From positions 103,044,001-103,108,000 of the forward strand of contig NC_086374.1 in the NCBI RefSeq assembly GCF_036588685.1: a DNA stretch of 64,000 bases. Direction: 5' to 3'. Origin of the DNA: Mytilus trossulus. Taxonomy: Eukaryota. Below the pieces are notes generated by a model. That model was not told the origin of the DNA. It did no database searches and was given only the letters and a program-made list of their open reading frames with translations. Position numbers and translations under genes: made by a program. How positions within the stretch are numbered: the first letter of the stretch is position 1; each line of letters begins with the position of its first letter. This document shows, in pieces, positions 15,101 to 30,100 of this stretch.

Positions 15101-18100
15101 ACGTGGCTGGGTTAATTGTGTTTGTAAGCGCTTATTTCTAAATAAACTGACAGTACAATATAATAACGATCTGTAAAATTTAGTTGACAATAATTGACTG
15201 AAACACAGAAATAAATAACACGAGAATAAAAATGAAGATTAGTAACGATCTAAAATACTCACAGTTATTTAAAGTTACTTCAAGCCAATAACAACTAATA
15301 GATAAATTATTTTCTTTCCGAATAATCTTCAATAAAGGCCTTACTAACATATTTAGTTTAACGATATCATAAACAGCACGAGCAATTTATTTAAGAATTG
15401 AATGCTTCTTTTTGTAAATTTATTGGGGTGTGAAAGCGTTGACCGAAGTACATTTTGTATGAAGCGCGTAATTATTACATTATGCAATGTTAAAGATATA
15501 GATAAACAACGTCGAAAGGATATACGATTATAAGAATTCATAAATGTTTAGCAAAACTATCTATTTAAGTTTTACTTTATCAACAAAAAATCATTGCAAG
15601 AACCGATACGTTTGACCAGTAAATTTTGCATCGTCCTATTTTTGTCTTCTTACTTTAAACTTTAAAAACACCGAGAACATATGTCATGTATGTATGAGCG
15701 AAAAAATAAAAAACAAATTGATATGAATATTTTATATTTCGGTCGTGGGTAAGGAGGCGGATGCTTTAAAAAGCTGTACGAAGTTTAAAATGTCTGAACT
15801 TAAAAAAAGCCGGCCTCACAACAGGTTCAAATGTAGATAAATGATGAAATCATAATCTTTCAGTCAGTTTAATTGAAGTCTGGAGCTGGCATGTCAGTTA
15901 ACTGCTAGTAGTCTGTTGTTATTTATGTATTATTGTCATTTTGTTTATTTTCTTTGGTTACATCTTTTGACATCAGACTCGGACTTCTCTTGAACTGAAT
16001 TTTAATGTGCGTATTGTTATGCGTTTATTTTTTTACATTGGTTAGAGGTATAGGGGGAGGGTTGAGATCTCACAAACATGTTAAACCCCGCCGCATTTTT
16101 GCGCCTGTCCCAAGTCAGGATCCTCTGGCCTTTGTTAGTCTTGTATTATTTTTATATTAGTTTCTTGTGTAAAATTTGGAAATTAGTATGGCGTTCATTA
16201 TCACTGAACTAGTATATATTTGTTTAGGGGCCAGCTGAAGGACGCCTCCGGGTGCGGGAATTTCTCGCTACATTGAAGACCTGTTGGTGACCTTCTGCTG
16301 TTGTTTTTTATTTGGTCGGGTTGTTGTCTATTTGACACATTCCCCATTTCCATTCTCAATTTTAATTTCTAAAAAAAAGAAAACTTTCCCACCAAAAATA
16401 TTAAATGATATAAATTTTTATTTTGCGGACGTCATCACGACTTGATAGATCGTTATGGAATATATCCGTTTCACGGATGATATCGGATATGTTCCTTATG
16501 TCGCAACTACAAACTCCTTTTCTTTTCACGAATGTAACCTACCAAATTAGGCTATGTACCGGGTTTGTAATAACACAAGCAGCACGATGGGTGAAACATA
16601 AGGAGCAGGATCGATCTGCTGACCCTTCCGGAGTACATGAGATCACTCCCAGTATTGGTGGTGGTCGGTTTGTTAAGTCTTAAGTTTTATGTTGTGTACA
16701 ATTATTTGTCGATTTGTCTTCCATCCAAATCAAGTTATGTCAAACTTATCTAAGAAGGTGCAACCTATATCTGGTCGTTCTTCGGGTTCCATAAAGAACA
16801 GTCAAATATAATGATTAGATGTATACTACTGTTGCCCTAATTTATAAACTATATGGAACACATGTCAGGACTGATTTCATTTGGTTCCAGAATAACCAAT
16901 TTTAAAGATACCTTAAATAGTAATTTGACCCCCCATCCCTTCATCCAAATTGATATAAACGGCCGAAATTTAATTATGTGTGGTATGACAGAATTTGCAA
17001 TTAAGACAAACAATTCAATAAACTATAAATAAACCTACGGCTTACAACAAAGATCAAAACCTTTGTTCTATTACATCTTTTTTTAAAGAGACAACAATAA
17101 TTAAAAGTTGATGACATACTAGGAACCCATGTCAAATAAACAAAAAGCACAGACACCGGTTTTTTTTTTTTAAACCACCAACATAGTAAATTTCCGGGCT
17201 TTTTTAAAAGAAATAAACATTAATGCAGATACTTACCAATGAAAATTAAATATTATGAACATGAAACTAATTTTTCAGTATTTATAAAAAGAAACTTTTC
17301 ACAAACATTATAAATTATGATTGTAGGTGAGGGTCTATATACAAGACGAAAATGATAACAAGCCGACATTTGTTAGCCCAGCTTATTTCTTTAGAGTGAA
17401 CGAAAACAAAGCTATATCCACTGTAGTAGATCCACAAGGCAGAGAGATAGTAGCAAGAGACAATGACATTGGTGATAATGCTGTAATTGAATTTCAATTA
17501 TCTGGAGATGGTAAGTGCACGGATTTTCCAATGATACAGGTTTGTCAATACTTTTCAAAAATTTATAAGTGTTTGTGAATTCCTCTAAATAAATGTGTTT
17601 TAATTTCGAAATCATTATACATTGTTGAGCATATAATATATATATATATAAATATGGAGATGTGATATATAATTGTCAGTGAGACAACATCTTAATAACA
17701 AGGGACCAAATGGTATAGAAATTAACAATAGGTCACCTTAGTGCCTTCTATATGTGTTTATATTTTGTATTCATTAAACAAATTTGCCATCCCATTCCAT
17801 ACAGCATACAACACTTATAAAGCATGATACATGCACTATGGTTTCAATTCAACTGCAGCATCTGTTCAAATGTACTTTGACTATGTTCCATTTAAAAATT
17901 CCCAGTTTATACCTGGAATAGTCTTATTTGAGAAAGAGGGGCGAAAGATATCAGAGGGTCATTAATTTAAAATAAATTACCGAAAAGTGAAAAGACAAAC
18001 AGACAAACAATAGTACACAAAACACAACATAGAGGGGACGCATAGCGTACTCTGTCTTTATACGTGACCTGACTACATTTAATAAATCGTTTAGTACATA

Positions 18101-21100
18101 TCGCTTTGTTCCTATGTTTGGTATTTTACTCCTTTATATCTAATATTATTTGTTAATACATTTGTATAAAGGTGTTTATATAGAATGCAGTTCCGCATTC
18201 AGTCTTAAAAACGTAGGATGGAATACAAGAACTATACAACTTTCAAAGAAAGTCGATTATGAAGTTTTAAAGAAGTGTGTTTTCAGTATTGAGGTAATTT
18301 TCTTAAATAATATTTTTGAATACTAGTTATATGATTCGAAAATATAAATTATATAATATCTTTTTTTATTAATAAGTGACACAGAGTATTTATAATTACT
18401 CCGTGTGTTATCTTTGTGAAATAAGAACAAAATTCTACTCCTAAGCTTATTCTGAGGTAATGCTTTATCTTTGCATTGTTGTTAAAACACGCACCATTAC
18501 ATACAATTAGGATAGAATACTTTACAAATCACAAGAAAAGGAAGATGTTGTGTAATGGACAATTTGACAAATATCCACATAAGACTACATGAAAAGGATT
18601 TTTAACTTCTATTGACAAAGACACGACCGTCAATAATGAGCAAAATGGCTGATATCCACAACAAACACAAATACAAACATAACTTAAAGAAATAAGTACT
18701 CTTAACTAGTGTACAGCTAAACAGTTATTTTTCTGTAAATACTAAACAGATATTTATTTTCAATGGTAGGTGTCTATGATAATTAAGTTTGATGATTCAT
18801 ATCTTTCAAAAAAATATTGTTTTATGAATATTACGAATATTCGAAGCTATAAATATAAAATAGACAAAAAAAATATGAATAAAGAGAGATATCCAAAGAA
18901 AAGTTTTTTTTTTTTTAACCAAATATGTCAGTACATGTTTAAATTATAAATTTATTTTGGTCTCCAGGCATATAATCCAAATAATAGAACGATGAGTACA
19001 TCCGTTTCTGTGACAGTTGACATACTGGATTATAATGACAACTCACCCGTATTTACTGGACAGTCTTCAACCAATATATTTACAGTTGATCTTCTTGAGG
19101 ATACAACCATCAACGATCCTGTAAGTTTTAAAGTTTTAGACTTTTCTTCCGTACGCTACAATTCTTATATGATATTCTTTCCCGTAGAAAAAATATCCAG
19201 ATTGTATGCAGTTTTATTTGTATATTTATTTACAAGCCTAAGCTTTGGTTTATATATATATATATATAAAAAATATGTGGTATGATTGTCGATGAGATAA
19301 ATCTACACAAGAGACCAAACTGACACAGAACTTAGAAACTATAGGTCATCGCATAATCGTCAACAATGAGCTATGCCCACTCCGCATAGTCAGCTCTAAA
19401 CGTCCTCTAAAGGACATTGTAAAACCATTCATACGGGAAGACAAATGGCCTTATTTATGTACAAAAATGAACGAAAATCAAAAATGTAACACATAAACAA
19501 ACGACAACTACTGAATAACATCAAGTTAATTTAACTATAGACATAAACTACGAAGATCTTTTCCAATTAATTTTCTAATAATTTCAACCAAACCAAGAGA
19601 GGTGTCCTCTCTTTCTTCGACTCGTTTATTTTCTTTAACATCTTGGAGCCAATGTTTGAATTTCATCATAACTGAGAAAATTTAAAAAAACAAAAATGAA
19701 TGTCACATTTTTTTGGGGACAAATCAAACAAATAAAGGCAACAGCAGTGATCAGTAGTATACCGCTGTTCGAAATTCATTAATCGATTGAGAAAAAAAAA
19801 CAGGGCTACAAACTAAAACTGAAGGAAACGCATTAAATGTAAGTGATCGTGTATTCAAATGTCATGTACTTACGAATTTAAATCAGATATAACTATCTAA
19901 AGAATACTCTTAGCAAATTATCAACTTTACTATTACATGCAGCATTGATTTGTCAATAACCTTTGACCTACAATCTGTATTAACTAAAAAGCAAATCAAA
20001 CTGGTATAGCAAACATGTATTCGGTAAATTCTACTTTCGATATTAAGTATAGATGTAATAGTTACGTAAACAATTACGTGAATAATTCTTCAGCTTGAAA
20101 GAAATTCTCTAAAACATTATATCACGATTATAATGTTATAGTATTTGCTCCGAACTGAAAGATGTGAATTAATGAAAGTGTTACAAAGGGAAAATTAGAT
20201 ATAACAATACATACAAGGTTTGAAATATTCCCCAGCATAAACATTGTTTCTCTTGTTAAAAAAATCAAATTTTATGTTTCAATTGAGAATACATTTGTTT
20301 TGTGTAATGAATCTGGTGTTATATCTATGTTACAGCAATATTTTGGTACAGTAAAAGATGCTGACTCTGGAGCGAATGGAGACATAGATCTGACTGTAAC
20401 CAATGGTGATTGTTGGGTCGATGTCACAAAAGGTTAGAAATTTTAGAAATAATCTTTTAATATATGTTTAGGTAAACGTATATTAAACTACATATAGCTT
20501 ATTGAAGTTTTCTACATGTTTAAGTCGTAAAATACCTCCAGCGATTTTTTTTAGCGAGCGAGTGAGTTTATGATTTACGATATCTATGCGTGAGACGAAT
20601 GTAAATCCGATATCGTTTTCTCACACGTTGCGACATCGCTGATAACGCATAAGACGTTTCACAGGCCGTGATACTGGAATTAAGGAGTGACTTAGCAGAG
20701 TTTAAAATACGAAGGGAATGACAATAAACTAATTTGGCACACTTTTTAAAGCATTCTGACTTTAACATGAATTTTCTAAATTCTTTTCTAATCGTGGTGA
20801 ACCTTCATTTCGTTTGTACTCATTCATACGATATTGTTATATATATGCTTGCATCTTATCAGAATTGTGGAATGAATGATTCATGTGATTATCAAAATAT
20901 ATATACTTCAACAAGTCTTGATAAGAAATGAACATCTATCCTTTATTATGATAGAAGTGGATGATTTTTAATTTTACATTTGACTCGAATGGTTTTTGTT
21001 AATTTTTACTGACATATGCTAATAACAATTATGAGAGTTTATGTGAATGCAATAAGAAAACTGCGAAATGAAGTTTTAACAAGTGCAAATGTGTTTTTTT

Positions 21101-24100
21101 TTAATTTGTAATTTTTTAATGGATCTGAAGGCCCTGTGGTATAGCTTTGAATTGTAATCCTCAAGGAAGGATTATTTTTTTTACCTGAACGAATCTAGGA
21201 ATGAAATAAGAGATAACACTGTAATCCCCAAAAAGTGTCAACTTAAAAGAACAACGATCAATACTAAAACCATCTTTTATTATGATGGGTTAATGCACAG
21301 AATCAAATATCAATTGCATATTGCAAAAAAGTAAGTCAGAAATGTATTTCCCTCGCTTTCGCTTTCAACCTGACTAGCTAAATAAGATTTTTAATGTTAT
21401 TACTTTATGAAAATATATCAAACTACGCAGATAATTAGTTTGAGTACCCCAAACAAAATATTAGTTCGTTATCGACTGCTCATATTTTAAAACATAACCA
21501 ATCAAGGCAGTTTTGGATCCATTAAAACGTTTAATCCCGCTGCAAATGTTTGCACCTGTCCTAAATCAGGAATCTGATGTACAGTAGTTGTCGTTTGTTT
21601 ATGTAATATATACGTGTTTCTCGTTTCTCGTTTTGTTTATATAGATTTGACCGTTGGTTTTCCCGTTTGAATGGTTTTACACTAGTAATTTTGGGGCCCT
21701 TTATAGCTTGTTGTTCGGTGTGAGTCAAGGCTCCGTGTTGAAGGCCGTACTTTAACCTATAATGGTTTACTTTTTAAATTGATATTTGGATAGAGAGTTG
21801 TCTCATTGGCACTCACACCACATCTTCCTATATCTACTAAAAGACAGAATATGATTTGTTTGCGAACAAAATTCATTTTCTTCTAACAAAAGTCTGTCTC
21901 AAATGATCTTGAACATTAACTTAATACTTCTTTGTCGTATGTGTTACCATTGCTTCCTCACCGTTCACCCATTGTCATAGCGTTGTATACTCATTTATAG
22001 TCCTGGGTGTCAAACTTTAACACAAAACTGAACAAAAAAATAACACGACGGGTGCCATATACGGTGCAGGAAATGCTAACCCTTCCCGATCACCTAATTT
22101 TAATCCCGGTTTTTAGTGAAGCCTGAGTTCGTGTTGTTTTTTATTCATTATTTATTACTGTTGATGTAAATATCCTATGGTTTTTTTAAGTATTTGTTTA
22201 CTACTTGGTTTTGATTGTTATTGTCTTTAAATTGATAAGAAATATGTTTACAGTTGAAGGGACTGGTGAGATAATGTTGAGGTTGAAGGAGAATGCAAAC
22301 ATTGATTATGAAAGTGGACTGAGAAAAAAAGATTGTATAATAAAAGCTTCTGACAAGGGCACTACTACAAGTTTGAGTTCAACAGTAACACTGAGTATGA
22401 TTTTAATAGATGTTAATGATAATAGACCTGTAATAGCTAACCCACACATAAATAAAAGTGTGTCACGTGATGCTGACGTTGGAAGAAACACAACAATTGT
22501 GGATAGAATTCCAGCCTCTGATGCAGATTCGGGTGAAAACGGCAAGTTAGGTTATGCAATACGTAAGTAAATATTGGCATTGTTTTATTTGTCGAATTGC
22601 AGATATTATGGACTTTCCGAATTGATTTTCCTCTAGGTTCAGTATTTTTGTGATTTTACTTTAAATTATAATCGTAAAATAAATTTTATACTGTTATCAT
22701 TCAAAGTTAAGTAATAAAACATGATAAAAACACAAAAAGAAACATCACTTGATATTTATTCAAACAATACCTTTATATACTAGTATTTGTACAATATATC
22801 CTCTGATAAAAAGATTTTACTACATAGACCAATGATCCTAATTCTACTGAACACATGATTAAATAGTTATCAAAGGTACCAGAATTATAATTTAATACGC
22901 CAGACGCGCGTTTCGTCTACATAAGACTCATCAGTGACGCTCAGATCAAAACAGTTAAAAAGGTACGCATAAATGATTACTAACGTCGTTTTTATATACA
23001 CTGTATAAATGAAGGGCAGCACTATATATGTGTGCGTCTTAATCCTCTTTGAAATAGTATGAACTAGTAACCGCAATTAATACTGAAAAATCGAATATTC
23101 GACTATATCATCCAATTGTTCGAATAATTGAAAAAACTGTCATATTCTTGACTTTATACAGACATCGTACGATTAAACTGGAAGATTCAATCTGTTTTAA
23201 TTTGTAGCTAAACCTGCAACTTGTATGACAGTTATCCATAGTTCCAGTATATTGACAAAATTGAAATCGCAAGCTAAACAGACATATTGTGTAATAATTA
23301 TAATGCAGCAGTCAAGTATGTGTAAACATACATCAACGATTTACATCAGAAATGACTTAAATCGGACAGACAGTTGATAGTACATACAGTAAAGTAAAAC
23401 ATAACGACACATATATTTCCCGACTAAATACATATGAAGTACACTACCAATGCAAAGGTGTACAACATGAAAACCACACCGTACAAAACACATACCGCTT
23501 TGACTTTAAAATTATTCTATCTTACTTTTTAGAGGCGTCGGAACATTATTTAAAATTTGCCATCGATGAAAATACAGGGAGAATCACTTTAAACTCACCC
23601 TTATTGAGCGTCCAGAAAGATAAAATTACGATTGAGGTTATCGTTTCCGACAAAGGTGCTATTAAACTGTCAGCGACTGCAACGGTAAATATTCTTTTCT
23701 TTATATATTTGACCGAATTTATCGTTGTTTTGAACAGAGATGGCGTTTGCTTTGGTTTGTTTTTTTTTTTGTTTTTTTTTTTGGGGGGGGGTATTTTTGA
23801 TGTGTGAGTTTTAAAAGTCAGTTAGTTGTTTTTTGCCTCTCTTTTGATCTGACCATTATAATTCAAATATGTAGTTTTTATTAAATTGCTGTTCAGCTTG
23901 AAATTGTCGTATACTTTATGTCTTTCGGGGTATATTATTATAGTTTCATAGTTTATTTACATGGTTTGTACCCAATTATCTCATTATCACTGAACTAGTA
24001 TATATTTGTATAGGGCCAGCTGAAGGACGCCTTCGGGTGCGGGAATTTCTCGCTATATTGAAGACCTGTTGGTGACCTTCTGCTGTTGGTTTTTTATTTG

Positions 24101-27100
24101 GTCGGGTTGTTGTCTCTTTGACACATTTCCCATTTCCATTCTCAATTTTGTCAAATTCAAATTCAAATGAAATCAAGAAATCTGTATTTAACAATATGAC
24201 TACAACATTAATGTATTATTAACATTACTCTTTTTATTAGGTAACAATCCACATACTTGATGAGAACCCACGTCCTTATTTTTCACAATCAGAAACAGTT
24301 CACATCAAAGAGCATGTTCCACAACCAAATGGCATCCTATCTACAGTAACAGCATTTGATAGAAGTCATGGCACAATTGATAAATGTAATTGTACATATT
24401 CACTCGACACAACACGAAGTATGTTTATTTTCAGCTTATTGCCTTTGCATTCCTATTTCCTCCTCTTTTCGGTCATTAAACAAAGTAATAAGTTCAAGAT
24501 GATACAGGATTTTATAATTGATGAATGATTTTATACAGAAAAAAAGTTATTGAAAAAAAACCCATTTAAATTCAACCAAATCATTTAGTTCTGCCTTCTT
24601 GTATTTGTAACTGTAACTCTATATTGTCATATTATGTATATGCACTTGGCTCATGAGGGTACCTCTTACCGAAATGAAATATGTTCTATTCTATTCCATA
24701 TATCTGATTAAATGTTTGTTATTTTTTGTGAGTGGTATGGACGTTCCGTAATTTACTGAATTAAATGTAATTCTCAAATCATCCTACAATTTCTGTTATA
24801 ACCGAATCTGCCACAATACCCCGTTAATATCTTATTTAACCAATGGCAATCCCCTTAAGGTCAAGTTACAGTAGATGGGCTATGTCACAGATTTCAGTAA
24901 AATTTGGCATACAACTCTGGCTCGATGAACTTCAACTGAAAATCGAAAAAATATTGCATTTATCTGAATTATCATTTGAAATATTATTGATTGAATTCTT
25001 ACAAAATGGGTGAACATGTGTATAGAAAGCACATTAAATCGGCGAAAACCCTTCTAAAATTTGTCTACTCCATAGATTTTTCTTGATAAACTATATGTTG
25101 TTGATACATAAATTATCGATATAATGATGCAAAATAAAGATAGGGTCACCGACTTCGTTTGTACAGTACACTTCATTTAAAGTTGCGTTCTTTGTGAAAA
25201 AATCCAACAAAACGTCGAAATAATCGTAAAGTTATCGCGTTGCAGGCCGAAAAACGTTGATTTTTGACGTTTTTCACTACCAACAAGGTAACAAATTGAT
25301 TATTAGACAAAAAACAAAGTCGGTGACCCTATGATTATTTTATATCATTAAAACAGAAATTTATGTGTCAACAATATATAGTTTTTTAAGAAAAATCTAT
25401 GGAGTGGAATTAAAGATTTGGCGATTTTAAGACAAATTTTAAAAGGTTTTTAGCCGATTTTATGTGCTTTCTATACAAATATTCATCCATATTAAAAGAA
25501 ATCAATCTGCAATTTTTCAGATAATAAAAGAGATAAATGTATGATTTTTTCGATTTTCAGTTGAAGTTCAACGAGCCAAGGTTGTATGCAAATTTTAAGC
25601 AAAATCTGCGACATAGCCCATTTACTGTTCCTTGACCTTAAGTATGCATGATAATTCTTTACTGTTTTCATAAATCGATAGTATACATTAATTATATATT
25701 ATATGTATTTCAGAGGACATTATTATTATAGAAAGTACCACAGGAACTATCAAATTTAGAGATAGTGATTTCGTTCTTGATCGGGAAGGAGAATCTCACG
25801 GAAAAGTGATCATTGGAGTTATAGCAACCGACAAAGGTTCTAAGAATTCCAAGACAATGCCTTTTACTATAAATATAGTCGATATAAATGACCAAAGTCC
25901 AGCATTTGAGAAGCTTGCATATGCCTTTAGAATACCACAGGTAATTATGAAATACCAGAAATAATGATATGTATTGTTTGCATGGTTTGGGTAATTTCGT
26001 ACAAAAAATTGATAAGTTTTAGTATATAGTACCTCCACATCGGGATGGTAAAGTACAAGTTTGATATCGTTCGTGTATATTCACCGGACTTACCAAGGTA
26101 CCTAAAACTCTGATCCAACTTAGTTACGGCACAGAACGACTAACATTGACAGTTCGTAAGATGTTAGGTCACAATAACCAATGTGTCGATGTTTCTATGT
26201 CTCAACACAATTGGTTCACGTGTTTGCGGTTTTAATTTGTACATACCAGAATAGTTGTCTATTATGTCATTTTACCTGTTTTTTCCTTTTGACGATTATG
26301 ACATTTTGACTAATTGAAGATTTGAACAACATGTGATGCATGAATAGCAAAAACTATCGCCATGTCGGCGCACCCAATCTGATTCTTTTTGTTCTCCGTT
26401 CAATGTCCTCATGTTTATTATTCACCACGATTTCTATCCTTAATCGATTGATTTATTTAATGTACATTGGTAAATAGCTTGAGCCTAAACTAACATCTTT
26501 TCTGTGAATTTGAAAATGTATATGGTTATATGGTGCAAGTTAAAGAATACTAAATGTTGCTCACATTAGACAGAAAAAGAAGAATTCACCACAAATTGAA
26601 ATAGAAAAAGTTACTGAAAAGATATAAGTTCCGATTTAGACTATTTACCGGATTTGTTATCACATAAGCACCACGACGGGTGCCACATGTGGAGCAGGAT
26701 CTGCTTACCCTTCCGATGCACCTGAGATCACCCCTAGTTTTTGGTGGGGGGTTCGTGTTGTTTATTCTTTAGTTCACTATGTTGTGTCATGTGTACTATT
26801 GTTTGTCTGTTTGTCTTTCATTTTAAGCCATGGCGTTGTCAGTTTGTTTTAGATTTATGAGTTTGACTGTCCCTTTGGTATCTTTCGATCCTCTTTCATA
26901 GTATATCTCGAAGGTTAAACCTTATTGGTCAGCTTATTTGCTTTGTGACGGATTTTATCTTACGTTTACACCGTTACAAGTTAAACAAATGAATATACGC
27001 TTAATTACTTATTGAAATATACAATATTAAAAGAGAGACGAAAGATACCTGAGGGACAGTCAAACTCATAAATCGAAAATAAACTGACAACGGCATGGCT

Positions 27101-30100
27101 AAAAATAAAAAAAAGACAAACAGACAAACAAAAGTACACATGACACATCATAGAAAACTAAAAAATAAGCTACACGAACCTCACCAAAAACAAGGGGTGA
27201 TCTCTTGTGCTCCGAAAGGGTACTCAGATCCTACTCCACATGTGTCAATAAAAATAAAATTAACGGTACCAATTTTCTTGCACCAGATGCGCATTTCGAC
27301 AATTCATGTCTCTTCAGTGATGCTCGTGGCCAAAATATTTGAAATCCAAAGCTTATATAAATGATGAAGAGCTATAACCCAAAAGGTCCAAAAAATATAG
27401 CCAAATCCGTGAAAGGAATCAGAGCTTTGCATGAGGAAGATACATTCCTTAATTTATAATAATTTCTAATATTTCGTAACAGCAAATTTAAATAACACAA
27501 AAAATCCGTATTTTCATGCCAGTACCGAAGTACTGGCTACTGGGCTGGTGATACCCTCGGGGACTAATAGTCCACCAGCAGAGGCATCGACCCAGTGGTA
27601 GTAATAAAATTAACGGTACCAATTTTCTTGCTCCAGATGCGCATTTCGACAATTCATGTCTCTTCAGTGATGCTCGTGGCCAAAATATTTGAAATGTCAA
27701 CCGTCGTAAAAGTATGATAATGTTATTATTTTTTAACATTTATTTCAATGCTAATATCTCATAGAATGCACCTGAAGGAACTACAGTAGGAACGGTGACT
27801 GCAATCGATCCCGATGAAAATCCTATAACACTGTATAACATCAGCATAAGAGACAATGGGGGGTATGATGGAAATGTGGTTACCATAAACGAGATGACAG
27901 GGAAAATTACAACATCCGGAAATTTGACCATACGTAGTGGACAAAATGCTGTAATAAAGGTTGGTTGAATGACATACATACATTTTGTCCAAAGTTACAC
28001 GAGCGTTGACAGTTGTAAAAGTCAGTTTCTGCATTATATCTTGATAACATAAACGAAGATGAACACAATACAAAACTTACAATAGACTGTTACTGTTATA
28101 CACGAAGTTAACTCCCAACTGTAATACACGTGTATACATTGGACAAAAGAATTGAAAAAAATCAACTATCTGTTTCACATGAAATTTGTCTATATATATT
28201 TAAATAAGGTATGAGACTATGGGGAAAAGTAGCTGTCTTTTCTGAAAATATCCAATAGTGTATTGTATTCATAAAGCAACGTTATAGATAAGTGGTTGAA
28301 AGAACAAATTTTTAATGCCAAGAATAAATATGTGTCGAATGTTTACTATGATGCAAAGGTATAGAAATTCAATTTATTCTAAAGTTTTCGGTATGCAATT
28401 GTACATGGGTAAACGTATACGTAAAGATGTATGAACAGTTCCCAAACGTTTGGCTTTTCAAAACGTTGCAATAGCATCATGTTATACGTATGTTTCCATC
28501 TATTAGTTATAAAGTAATTACAAAAGTATTTTTGTATGCTATGTGTTTTAAAGTAGTTATGAACGAATAACCTAAAGAACATTTACGTTCGAAACGTTAA
28601 TTTTTTTTTTAAAGATTGTTTTATTTGAATTTGCAGGGAGTGGTTTTTGCGCAAGACGGAAACGATACTGCTAAATCACCAGCCAATTCAAACTTCGAGA
28701 TTACAGTAGAATATGATTATAACAACAAACATGCACCTGTATTTCAAAATAGTGAGGATTTTTATAATTTTGTTTGATGATAATAGTTTTTCAAAGTGAA
28801 AAGGAAGAACATACATGAAAAAACGTTTTTGTTATGATTAAAATGCAAAAAATACATAAAATGCATTTCTATATACAAGTTATTTTTATACAAAACTATT
28901 TAGTTTATCATTATAAAGAACTTATTTATTTAATGAATGGCTATTATTTTTTTTGAATTTATTGAACCATAAAATAATTTTTTGACTCTTCACATTGAAT
29001 AATCTGCGAAGCCGATTATGTAAAATGTGAAGAGTCAAAAATTAATTTTATGGTTCAATAAATTCAAAATGAATTATAGCCATTCATTATAAATAAATGT
29101 CCATAAAAAATTAAGCTCAAAGAACTTTAAATTATTTATATTATAAATAACAACGTTCACTTATGTTGGCGTTAGAATACACAATGTCAGAGTGGGTGTG
29201 TCGCCATGAAAATTGACAACATTGAAAATAAAAATAAAACTTCTTACCAATCAGAGGACAGTAAATACACCAAATTTATTTATCTAAAAATAACTACATT
29301 TAATAAGAATACATGTTATACTATGTAGCTCCATATGCAGCTCAAATTAATTGGAACTTAGCAGCTGGTTCTCTTATTACTGAAATTAATGCGACAGATG
29401 CTGACTCTGGCAGAAATAGCGATGTTTCATACTCCATAACAGATACTAGCAAACGAGTAAGTATTTCATGAATGTTATTTACACAGCCTGGCATACAATT
29501 CTCCTGTTGATGGTCGTATTTTGCTCACTTTTTTTGGAATCAATGCGCTTCATGTTTGTAGTTGTTTGGCTTTATAACTATTTTGATATGAGCGTCACTG
29601 TTGAGTCTTGTGTAGACGAAACGCGCGTCTGTCGTATTAAATTATAATCCTGGTAGCTTTGATAACTATGATGCATAATAATACTTTAGTCTGGTAGTCA
29701 TTCATAAAAAGTTATACGCGTCTGGCGTACTAAATTATAATCCTGGTACCTTTGATAACTATAAGCAATCCAAATTTTAAGATGAATAATTAATATAAAA
29801 ATTATAGATTTTAATATGACGTCCTTATTACGCTTTGTAAACAAATCCGTGTTCGTAATGAGCACAAAATATGTTTGACACATGCGCACGAACTTACTGT
29901 TTATATTAACGTTATTTCCATCGTTATCCTTTAAAATATATACATGTAAGCAGCTAACATAAACTTTTATTATATTTTTATGAAACAACATACATTTACC
30001 CTGCTCGTAGTTTTTAAAAATAATAAATATGAAATGCAATGAACAGAGTACTCGAGGAGGAAACGGGAACAGCCAAACATTTTTACGGTTATTTTGTACT

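Larger units (their letters stand above)
27248..27695 (-). mobile_element. Non-LTR retrozyme, 350-nt monomer family (1.3 copies)
   Basis: Direct repeat with period 350 (GGTACC at 27265 and 27615), each copy with a hammerhead. Confidence 0.85.

Noticed and set aside
21513-21590. Complete twister
   Set aside because: 5'-truncated: lacks P2', the catalytic GA and P5; L4 is also mutated
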